Under the pieces are notes generated by a model. It did no database searches and had not been told where the DNA came from. It saw only the letters and a program-made list of their open reading frames with translations. The position numbers and the translations under genes are program-made. Shown here one piece after another: positions 29,380 through 37,223 of a stretch of DNA of 64,000 bases. Source of the DNA: Coriobacteriia bacterium. GTDB lineage: Bacteria; Actinomycetota; Coriobacteriia; Coriobacteriales; UBA8131. The stretch covers positions 8,164 through 72,163 of the forward strand of contig WRHU01000004.1 of the NCBI GenBank assembly GCA_009783085.1. Reading direction: 5' to 3'. Each line of letters starts with the position of its first letter. The first letter of the stretch is position 1.

Positions 29380-29497
29380 GTGGCGCTTTGAGTTGCGCTA
29401 TGAGCGGCACGCTGAACGACGCTTTGAGTGGCACTCTGAAAGGCATTTGAGAGGTTTTGCAAGCGAGGCATACATAAGCAAACCAAAAGGAGAAGAA

Positions 29498-30724
29498 ATG
29501 ACACAACGAGTAGTGATAACTGGCATGGGGGCTATAACCCCTATCGGCGCAAACGCTGCAACATTTTGGGAGAACATCAAAGCAGGCGTATGTGGCATAG
29601 CGCCCCTAACAAGCTATGACACCAGCGCACAGTCTGCCAAGCTCGCCGCAGAAGTGGACTTTGACCCTGCCGAGGTTTTGTCTGCGGGCGATATGCGCAA
29701 GATGGATCGCTTTACGCAGCTTGCCGTAATTGCTGCGCGAGAGGCGGTAAGCGACAGTGGCATAACCAGCGAAAATACCGACCTTTCTCGAGCAGATGTC
29801 CTTGTTTCAAGTGGCATAGGTGGTATGGCGACCACCGTGCGTGAGTATAACCGAGGCCTTGACCGGGGCTTTGATAAAGTTTCTCCTTTTTACATTCCTA
29901 TGACCATTGCAAATATCGCTGCTGGACGCATTGCCATTGAACATGGCCTCAAGGGGGACTGCAGCTGCATCGTAACCGCTTGTGCCTCCTCAGCTCATGC
30001 CATTGGTGAGGCGCTGCGTCATATTCGCCACGGATACGCCGACGTAGTTGTCTGCGGTGGCAGCGAAGCTACCGTCATTCCTTTGGCAGTGGGAGGCTTT
30101 ACCTCGATGCAGGCCTTACATTTAGGAGAAAACCCCAACCGTGCCTCCATTCCCTTCGATAAAGAACGCTCGGGTTTTGTCTTGGGAGAAGGTGCCGGCA
30201 TGCTCGTGCTGGAATCCTTTGAGCATGCGCAAGCGCGTGGTGCTGCTATTTACGCCGAAGTAGCAGGCTTTGGTGCCACCTGCGATGCTTATCATATTAC
30301 TGCACCCGAACCCGAGGGCACGGGTGCTATCGAATCTATGAGGCGCGCGCTCGCAGATGCCTCCTTGAGCGCTGGCGACATTTGCTATATTAACGCTCAC
30401 GGCACCTCAACACCGCTCAACGACAAAAGCGAAGCGCGCGCCATTGGCGCAGTATTCGGTTTGAATACCACTGTGCCCGTTAGCTCCACAAAATCCATGA
30501 CTGGGCACCTTCTGGGAGCAGCTGGTGCTGTGGAAGCTTTGGTGTGCGCTCGTGCGCTTAAGGAAGGTTTTATCCCTCCAACTATCAACTATTGCGTGCC
30601 CGACCCCGAATGTAATCTGGACGTGGTGCCCAACGAGGGGCGCATTGCAAAGCTTAATGCCGTTTTGTCAAACTCACTTGGGTTTGGCGGACATAACGCC
30701 ACCTTGGCGTTTGCTCGCATCTAG
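29498..30724 (+). CDS. fabF: 3-oxoacyl-ACP synthase II
   Basis: The ATG at 29498 follows AAAGGAG. RVVITGMGAITPIG, TACASSAHAIG (Cys), INAHGTSTPLND, SLGFGGHNATLAF. Confidence 0.92.
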   Translation: MTQRVVITGMGAITPIGANAATFWENIKAGVCGIAPLTSYDTSAQSAKLAAEVDFDPAEVLSAGDMRKMDRFTQLAVIAAREAVSDSGITSENTDLSRADVLVSSGIGGMATTVREYNRGLDRGFDKVSPFYIPMTIANIAAGRIAIEHGLKGDCSCIVTACASSAHAIGEALRHIRHGYADVVVCGGSEATVIPLAVGGFTSMQALHLGENPNRASIPFDKERSGFVLGEGAGMLVLESFEHAQARGAAIYAEVAGFGATCDAYHITAPEPEGTGAIESMRRALADASLSAGDICYINAHGTSTPLNDKSEARAIGAVFGLNTTVPVSSTKSMTGHLLGAAGAVEALVCARALKEGFIPPTINYCVPDPECNLDVVPNEGRIAKLNAVLSNSLGFGGHNATLAFARI

Positions 30725-30844
30725 TTTTTGCTTGCACTTTTAACTCTCAGCTCTGACGGACACGCTCTGACGGGGACACTCTGACGGGCACGGCGCACCA
30801 CTGCAGTATCCGTCCCTAAAATAAAAATATTGAAAGGAAGGCTC

Positions 30845-31291
30845 ATGCCAACACTCAACAAAGAACAAATAGAAAGCATTCTCCCCCATCGCTATCCCTT
30901 TCTCCTCATCGACCGTGTGGAGGATTTTGAAGCAGGCGTTTGGGCAAAAGCGCGCAAGTGCGTCAGTGCCAACGAGCCGTTTTTTGAGGGACATTTTCCT
31001 GAGCAAGCAGTTATGCCAGGCGTTCTCATTTTAGAGGCACTTGCCCAAACGGGAGCCATCGCACTTTTGAGTGAGCCAGAAAACAAGGGGCGCATCGCCT
31101 TTTTTGGTGGGGTAAAAAACGCCCGCTTTAGAACGGTTGTCCGTCCAGGTGATATACTTGAACTTGACTGCAGGCTCACTAAGCGTAAAGGGCCCGTAGG
31201 ATTTGGTGAGGCTGTCGCAAAAGTAGACGGTGCGGTTGCTTGCAGTGCAGAGATATCCTTTGTGCTGGATACGAGTTCTGAAACAGGGTGA
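30845..31291 (+). CDS. fabZ: 3-hydroxyacyl-ACP dehydratase
   Basis: ILPHRYPFLLIDRV, FFEGHFPEQAVMPGVLILEALAQ. Confidence 0.92.
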   Translation: MPTLNKEQIESILPHRYPFLLIDRVEDFEAGVWAKARKCVSANEPFFEGHFPEQAVMPGVLILEALAQTGAIALLSEPENKGRIAFFGGVKNARFRTVVRPGDILELDCRLTKRKGPVGFGEAVAKVDGAVACSAEISFVLDTSSETG

Positions 31292-31749
31292 CTACCATGA
31301 CGGAATCATTAGAGAGTGCTTTTACCGATGTGTATACGAAGTTCAAGCTTCAGTTTTACCAGCGCATATTCCAACGCCTTGCGACCCGTGAGGCAACTCT
31401 TACCACCACAGAAGCCTATTGCGTGGAAATTATTAGTGCCCTCGGTAGGCCAACAGTAAGCGAGTTTGCAAAGTTTGTTAATATCTCTGTTGCCAATGCA
31501 ACCTACAAGGTACAAAACCTCATAAAAAAGGGGTATGTGCGCAAAGAGCGTTCCAAGGAGGACAGGCGTGAGTCTTACTTGCACGTTACCGAGCATTTTT
31601 ACGAATATCAGCAGCTTAATACTGCTTATGTCAGCACGGTGATAGAGCGCATTCGGCAGCATTGCTCTGCCGATGAGGTGTCGGTTTTTGAGCGCGTCTT
31701 GGTAACCATGAGCAAAGAGTTGATGCCAGAAGTTGAGCTAGGCTCGTAA
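31288..31749 (+). CDS. MarR-family transcriptional regulator, candidate fatty-acid synthesis repressor (FabT-like by position)
   Basis: Winged-HTH core TVSEFAKFVNISVANATYKVQNLIKKGYVRKERSKEDRRESYLHVT. 4-bp overlap with fabZ. Confidence 0.75.
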   Translation: MTTMTESLESAFTDVYTKFKLQFYQRIFQRLATREATLTTTEAYCVEIISALGRPTVSEFAKFVNISVANATYKVQNLIKKGYVRKERSKEDRRESYLHVTEHFYEYQQLNTAYVSTVIERIRQHCSADEVSVFERVLVTMSKELMPEVELGS

Positions 31750-32061
31750 GGTCAACGGGGTGCTCAGTATGCTCAGATGCAAAGCCAACCTATGGTGCAG
31801 CCTGTCAACCACGTAGCTCCCGCCCAAATAACCAACCAAGCATGGCACCAGCTGAGCAAAACTCTTGCTCCCAGCACGCATAAAAGTCTGATTTTTGATA
31901 TACTGCCATCTTGCTCATAATCTTGTTTGTCCTTGTTTGTGCGCTGTTCGCACGGGGTTTCGCAGAGAGCTTGTACAGGGTTTCGCACAGGGTTTCGCAG
32001 AAAGCTCGCAGAGGGCATTATGCAAGGTTCGTACAAGATTTTGTATTTGGTTTTGACAAGT

Positions 32062-32137
32062 GCCAACGTAGCTCAGATGGTAGAGCAGCTGATTCGTAAT
32101 CAGCAGGCCAGGGGTTCGAGTCCCCTCGTTGGCTCCA
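32062..32137 (+). tRNA. tRNA-Thr (anticodon CGT); CCA encoded
   Basis: Acceptor GCCAACG/CGTTGGC, D stem GCTC/GAGC, anticodon stem GCTGA/TCAGC with loop TTCGTAA, T stem AGGGG/CCCCT. Confidence 0.9.
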
Positions 32138-32180
32138 TTATTCATACGGCATCTAGTCTAAAAAGTACCGAGGACGTATT

Positions 32181-32867
32181 ATGAACAAAAAAGCTCAAAA
32201 ACGCCTTATCATTTCTGGTTTGGCAATCGTCGGAGTTATTATCCTCATGGTGGCATTCGCCGGAGCGAGAGGCACGCTTCCTACGCCAACAATCGCAGGC
32301 GTTTTATCGGGAGATTTTGAAAATCAACGCATCAAGGTCGATGGTACGGTAGTAACTGGTTCGTATCATACCGAGGGCACCACAACAGTTTTTTCTATCT
32401 ATGATCCAAACGGCGACCCCAATCAAACTCTTGAGGTCCACTACGAGGGTTCTTTAACCGCAAGTCTTGGCGGAGGCACTATCGCTATCTGCACCGGCAC
32501 GCTCAACAGTAGCGGCATTCTTGAAGTAGGGCCCAACGGCTTGCTCACCAAATGTCCTTCAAAATATGAAAGCGCCGAGGGCGCATACACTGTTGGACAG
32601 GTGGTTCGCTCAACCTCTACCCTCTTGGGCGCAGAAAACGTGCGGCTGGCTGGCTATATAAAGACTGATACGCTTGAAGCAGCTGACGCCGACATACGCT
32701 TTGTTGTCTATTCTCAAAATGATGAGCTGCCCGTTGTCTACAAAGATGCCCTGCCAGAAGGTTGTGAGGAAGGTAGCGCCGTGGTTATCACTGGTGTTCT
32801 CGAAGCTGATGGCAACGACGGTTATCGTTTTGTGGCAACCGATATTGCGCTCGAAAACATCAACTAG
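32181..32867 (+). CDS. ccmE: cytochrome c maturation heme chaperone CcmE, CxxxY variant, with a duplicated OB-fold
   Basis: N-terminal TM anchor. First OB domain: QRIKVDGTVVTGS...VHYEGSL...LLTKCPSKYES. Second CcmE-like OB domain: VRLAGYI...IRFVVYSQNDELPVVYKDALPEGCEEGSAVVITGVL, without a heme-binding motif. Confidence 0.8.
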   Translation: MNKKAQKRLIISGLAIVGVIILMVAFAGARGTLPTPTIAGVLSGDFENQRIKVDGTVVTGSYHTEGTTTVFSIYDPNGDPNQTLEVHYEGSLTASLGGGTIAICTGTLNSSGILEVGPNGLLTKCPSKYESAEGAYTVGQVVRSTSTLLGAENVRLAGYIKTDTLEAADADIRFVVYSQNDELPVVYKDALPEGCEEGSAVVITGVLEADGNDGYRFVATDIALENIN

Positions 32868-32882
32868 GTAGCATGAAAACCC

Positions 32883-33644
32883 ATGGCGAGCCCGTCTAAA
32901 AAAGACCCTGCAACACCTGCCGTTGAGCTACAGTCCCTAACACGCAATTTTGGGGTGCGCACCGCCTTAAATAAGCTCGACCTCACCCTGCCCGCCGGGG
33001 CGTTTCTTACTATTTTTGGTCATAACGGTGCTGGCAAAACAACCCTTTTGCGCATACTTGCCACTATTGAGCAAGCAAGTTCTGGCGAGGCAAAGGTGCT
33101 CGGTTTTTCCACCAAGACCGAAGCTGACGAGATTCGGGCACGCATTGGCTTTATTTCACATCAACCTCTTCTATATGCCGATTTAACCGCCGAAGAAAAT
33201 CTCCTCTTTTTTGCCCGCCTGTACGGGGTGGAAAATGCTCAAGAAAAAACTCGTGCGCTGCTTGCAAAAACAGGTCTTGCTTCACGATCGCTTGACGTAG
33301 CACGCACCTTTTCGCGCGGCATGATTCAGCGTCTTTCTTTGGCACGTGCGCTGCTGCATGACCCTGAGCTTATTTTGCTCGACGAGCCCTATACTGGTCT
33401 TGACCCGCAGGGAACAGAAACACTTAATGCCTTGATTGACGAAATACGAGATGAGCGCAGTTTTATTCTCGTGAGCCATCATCTTGAGTCTGGGCTTGAG
33501 CGAGCCACGCACGTTTTGACGCTTGATAAAGGACGAATACAGTTCTACGGCACCCGTAATGAATACGAAAACTTTGTTGATGCTACTGGCAAAACTTCCA
33601 AAACTTCCCAAAAAACCTCTCAGTGCACCGGAGGTCAAGCATGA
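32883..33644 (+). CDS. ccmA: heme exporter ABC ATPase CcmA
   Basis: Walker A GHNGAGKTT, signature FSRGMIQRLSLA, Walker B LILLDEP. Position between ccmE and ccmB. Confidence 0.8.
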   Translation: MASPSKKDPATPAVELQSLTRNFGVRTALNKLDLTLPAGAFLTIFGHNGAGKTTLLRILATIEQASSGEAKVLGFSTKTEADEIRARIGFISHQPLLYADLTAEENLLFFARLYGVENAQEKTRALLAKTGLASRSLDVARTFSRGMIQRLSLARALLHDPELILLDEPYTGLDPQGTETLNALIDEIRDERSFILVSHHLESGLERATHVLTLDKGRIQFYGTRNEYENFVDATGKTSKTSQKTSQCTGGQA

Positions 33645-34339
33645 AACAATTTATGACCCTGCTGCGCAAAGACTTAAAGATAGAGTTTCGAACCTTTGAT
33701 ATACTCAGCTCTATGGGCATTTATGCCGTACTAGTACTGGTTGTTTTTGGTGTTGCTTTTATGCTCGGTGAGAATAGCTATGACATCACGCCGCTTGCCA
33801 GTGGTCTGCTCTGGGTGCTTGCCGTGTTCACCTCTCTTTTGGGACTTAACCGTTCCTTTAACCGAGAACGTGAGTTTTCCGCACTCGAGGCCTTGCTGCT
33901 CTCGCCGCTTGATAGAGGCGTGCTCTTTTTGTCAAAAGTTACGGCGAATGCGCTTTTCTTAAGCATCGTATTTGTTGTTGCCGTACCGCTGTTTGTATTC
34001 CTCTTTCTCCAAGGAGGCGTACAGGGCAACGGCGTGCTTGCTCCCAGCGCACCGCTTGTTTTAGCTCCCTTAGCTGTTGGGATTTTGGGCATTGCTGGTG
34101 TGGGAACCTTGCTCGCCACCATTACCCTACACACGCGCGGACGCGACATCATGCTCGCACTGCTCTTTATTCCCGTTATTTTTCCCCTCCTTTACTCCTG
34201 CGTAACCGCCAGCTCTATGGCACTTCTAGGGATAAGCGATAGTATGGTTTTCTTGCAAACCCTTGGCATGGGAGTGGGATACGATGTTATTATGATTTTA
34301 GTTGGTTGGATGCTGTACGATTTTGTTCTTAATGGTTAG
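33641..34339 (+). CDS. ccmB: heme exporter protein CcmB
   Basis: ATGA overlap with ccmA. About 230 aa with 6 predicted TM helices; LRKDLKIEFR N-terminus typical of CcmB. Confidence 0.8.
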   Translation: MKQFMTLLRKDLKIEFRTFDILSSMGIYAVLVLVVFGVAFMLGENSYDITPLASGLLWVLAVFTSLLGLNRSFNREREFSALEALLLSPLDRGVLFLSKVTANALFLSIVFVVAVPLFVFLFLQGGVQGNGVLAPSAPLVLAPLAVGILGIAGVGTLLATITLHTRGRDIMLALLFIPVIFPLLYSCVTASSMALLGISDSMVFLQTLGMGVGYDVIMILVGWMLYDFVLNG

Positions 34340-34351
34340 GACGGTGATGTT

Positions 34352-35092
34352 GTGACACGGGTTTTCGCACTTATTTCACTTGCGCTAGGCGCTCTGCTCA
34401 CTACGGGAGCTTTTATCGCAGTGTTCTTTTTTGTTCCCATTGCAAATGGTGGTGAATTGGCTCAGGTTGCCAATATAGGTGGCGAGCAGGTAACCCATCA
34501 ACTTTGGTTTTCTCAAAAGATTTTTTACTTTCACGTACCGGTAGCCATCGCCAGTTTTGCAGCCCTTGCCCTCGGCGCATGGCACTCTATCCAGTATCTC
34601 CGCACCAAACGTCCCGTCTGCGATTTGAGGGCACGTACGGCGATGGAGGTTGGGCTTATCTTTATCATTCTCACCATGATTTCTGGTGATTTGTGGACAC
34701 GCAGCGACTGGAACACCTGGTGGAACTGGGATCCTCGCCTTACCACCTATCTCATCTTGATGCTGCTGGTAATTGCGTATTTTATCCTGCGCGTTCAAAT
34801 CGAATCCCCCGAGCGCAGGGCGCGGATTTCGGCAGTTTTTGGCATCATCGCCTTTGCTAACGCCGCACTTTCTATGCTCATTCCTCGTTTGATGGAGTCC
34901 ATGCATCCCGTGGTATTAAGCGGTAGTGCTGATTCTGGCTTAACGCCACCCATGCTTGCGGCGTTTTTGACAGCGTTGTTTGGCATGCTCTTTATTGGTT
35001 TTGGGCTTTACTATTTACGTTCTATGCAGCTTGAGCTTGCCGAGCGACTTGCTCTGGTGCAGGCTCGCTACGACGAAGCACAGGGCTCTTAA
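34352..35092 (+). CDS. ccmC: heme exporter protein CcmC
   Basis: Trp-rich motif WNTWWNWDPRLT (WGxxWxWDxRLT) in a polytopic membrane protein; GTG start. Confidence 0.88.
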   Translation: MTRVFALISLALGALLTTGAFIAVFFFVPIANGGELAQVANIGGEQVTHQLWFSQKIFYFHVPVAIASFAALALGAWHSIQYLRTKRPVCDLRARTAMEVGLIFIILTMISGDLWTRSDWNTWWNWDPRLTTYLILMLLVIAYFILRVQIESPERRARISAVFGIIAFANAALSMLIPRLMESMHPVVLSGSADSGLTPPMLAAFLTALFGMLFIGFGLYYLRSMQLELAERLALVQARYDEAQGS

Positions 35093-35158
35093 GATTAGCG
35101 CTGGATACTTATTTACAAACACCTCGCCTTGGTGGGCGATAAAAATTAAGGAGTAACC

Positions 35159-35347
35159 ATGGAACCAAATGCTATTTTAGACACAATTTATTCAGACGTT
35201 CTTGCTGGAGCGCCGTATGTTATTGCCGCCTATGCCCTTATATGGCTGGTGCTGTTTGTCTATGTTGTGGTGGTGATTTCGCGTCTTAAAGCAACCGAAA
35301 AACGTATGGCATTGCTTGAGGAACTTGTTTCAAAAGGCAACGACTAG
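35159..35347 (+). CDS. ccmD: heme exporter protein CcmD (small single-TM protein)
   Basis: 62 aa; GAPYVIAAYALIWLVLFVYVVVVISRL followed by a charged tail. AAGGAG SD upstream. Position after ccmC. Confidence 0.65.
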   Translation: MEPNAILDTIYSDVLAGAPYVIAAYALIWLVLFVYVVVVISRLKATEKRMALLEELVSKGND

Positions 35348-35543
35348 GGTTTCTTAGGTACTTTTTTGCGGTTAACGCAACTTTTGCTGTGGTTTTTTGG
35401 TTTTACGAGTGGTACTGTTTTATATAAGTTTTGTATAAGTGTTACAGGAAAGCACGCTTTTGCCCAAGTGCGGGGAATTGTTAGCTCTCGCAAGGTTGCT
35501 TGGCCTGGTGTGATAGGTAGGTTTTAAGGAGCGGAGGACTCTC

Positions 35544-37139
35544 ATGTTTTGCACGCAATGTGGAAATCAACTTGTTGAAGGCGCAGTTTTTTGTATTCAG
35601 TGTGGTGCGTCGGTAAACAACGAAGTAAGTGGAGCTGCAGCTACCAAGGCAAAGAAAGTGAAAAGCTCAGTGGAAAAGGTTGGTGCTGAGGCAGTGGCGA
35701 CTGCTGCCGCTGTTACTACGACCGCCGCAGCAGCAACCACGGCTGCGAAAACAGAAGTTGTAGAAGTTGCTCAAGCGGCAACTGAAGCGGCATCTGAAAC
35801 AACCGCAAAAGCCAAAAAGGCTGTTGAGAAAGCAGCCAAGGCAACCACCAAAAAAGCTGCGCAGGCGGCAGATGCTGCAGCCGAAACCATAGCGCAAGCT
35901 GAGGAAAAAGTTGAAGAGAAGGTTGAGGAGGCCGCCAAAAAGGCCGTTGCTCCTGTTTCCATTTTCGCAGAAGCTACCGCACCGCAGCCTGTTGCGGGCA
36001 CTGCTCCCCTCTCAGACACGAAGCCCGTTGCTGCGAGCACTGCTCCACTGGTGGGCGCTGCCGGAGAAGTAGGAGATGCCACGGCGGAGAACACTGCGGT
36101 CTTTCAAACCCCTACCCTCTCTGCTGCCGAGCAAGTTGTTGCACAAACTGCCGTACAAGCTCCTCAGAAAAAGAAGCGTTCCAAAAAAGGACTTATTATT
36201 AGCCTTATAGTTTTGCTGCTTCTTGCTGCTTTGGGAACAGCTGCCGTTCTTGTGGTTCCCGGTCTGCTGCAGGCGCAAAATTATGAAAAAGCTCAGGCTA
36301 CCATGGACGCAGGCGATTACAAAGAAGCCCATGCTCTCTTTTCTAACCTTGGTGATTATGAGGACGCAGAAAAACTTGCTGTTGAGTGCCAGAGGCATAT
36401 TGACTACCAAAAAGCAGATGATGCTTTTGAGGTGGGCATGTATGAGGAGGCGCGCGAGATATTTGCTGAGCTCGGTGCAGACGGTTTTCTTGATGCGAAA
36501 GACCGTGTTAATGACTGCGACTACAAAATTGCCGAAGGCCTTTTTGCCGACGGCAACTACACGGAGGCAAGAGATTTGTTCTGGTCGCTTTCGGTTGTCG
36601 ACTACAAAGATGCAGCTGAGCAGGTAAAGGCCTGCGAGTATAAGCTCGCCGAAAAACTCCTTGCCGATGGCGACCGCGAGGGTGCTTATTATGCCTTTAT
36701 AGAGCTGGACGACTACAGCGATGCAAAAGCCAAGGCTGAGAGCTGCCTTGTTGATACGCCAAAAGAAGGTGTTTTGTTCCAAAACACCAAGTTCAAATCA
36801 TCGGATGTTTCTCTCAAGCTCGATGCAAATAAAACGCCTTGGCCCGTCTATCTCAAGATATACAGCGGCGACACCCATGTTGCGACCGTATTTCTCAATA
36901 AGGGCGGCAAGGCAACCATCAATTTGCCTGCAGGAACGTATACGTTTAGAGAAGCCTATGGTGAGGCATGGTTTGGTGAAGAGCTGATGTTTGGCGAAAA
37001 GGGAACCTACTCTACCATGTTGTTTGACGGTGGAAAAGATACCGCAAAACTGGAAAAGAACTATACCTATACCCTTACCTTATATCAGTCAGACGCTGGT
37101 AATGTTGGCAGCGAAGCAGTAGATAGGGATAACTTCTAG
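35544..37139 (+). CDS. zinc-ribbon membrane protein with repeated DYxDA helical motifs and a C-terminal beta domain; hypothetical
   Basis: N-terminal CTQCGN...CIQCG zinc ribbon, A/T/K-rich low-complexity region, TM helix (LIISLIVLLLLAALGTAAVLVV), and at least 5 repeats of the form GDYxxAxxxFxxLxDYxDA. Confidence 0.6.
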   Translation: MFCTQCGNQLVEGAVFCIQCGASVNNEVSGAAATKAKKVKSSVEKVGAEAVATAAAVTTTAAAATTAAKTEVVEVAQAATEAASETTAKAKKAVEKAAKATTKKAAQAADAAAETIAQAEEKVEEKVEEAAKKAVAPVSIFAEATAPQPVAGTAPLSDTKPVAASTAPLVGAAGEVGDATAENTAVFQTPTLSAAEQVVAQTAVQAPQKKKRSKKGLIISLIVLLLLAALGTAAVLVVPGLLQAQNYEKAQATMDAGDYKEAHALFSNLGDYEDAEKLAVECQRHIDYQKADDAFEVGMYEEAREIFAELGADGFLDAKDRVNDCDYKIAEGLFADGNYTEARDLFWSLSVVDYKDAAEQVKACEYKLAEKLLADGDREGAYYAFIELDDYSDAKAKAESCLVDTPKEGVLFQNTKFKSSDVSLKLDANKTPWPVYLKIYSGDTHVATVFLNKGGKATINLPAGTYTFREAYGEAWFGEELMFGEKGTYSTMLFDGGKDTAKLEKNYTYTLTLYQSDAGNVGSEAVDRDNF

Positions 37140-37223
37140 ATTCGAGGATTTACCTTAGTTTCCTTGAGAACGCGCTCGCTTTAAGCGAATCCTAGCTCTT
37201 TTTGTAGCACGTTCTAACTTGAA

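Noticed and set aside
31773-32066. 97-aa minus-strand ORF (Cys/Trp-rich, hydrophobic end) between the MarR gene and tRNA-Thr
   Set aside because: It has no SD, overlaps the tRNA 5-prime end, and its composition is unlike the surrounding genes. A short membrane peptide cannot be excluded, but nothing supports one.
36012-36782. 256-aa minus-strand ORF inside the zinc-ribbon protein gene
   Set aside because: It is antisense to an ORF that has a clear zinc ribbon, a TM helix and repeat architecture. It has no motifs and an implausible composition.
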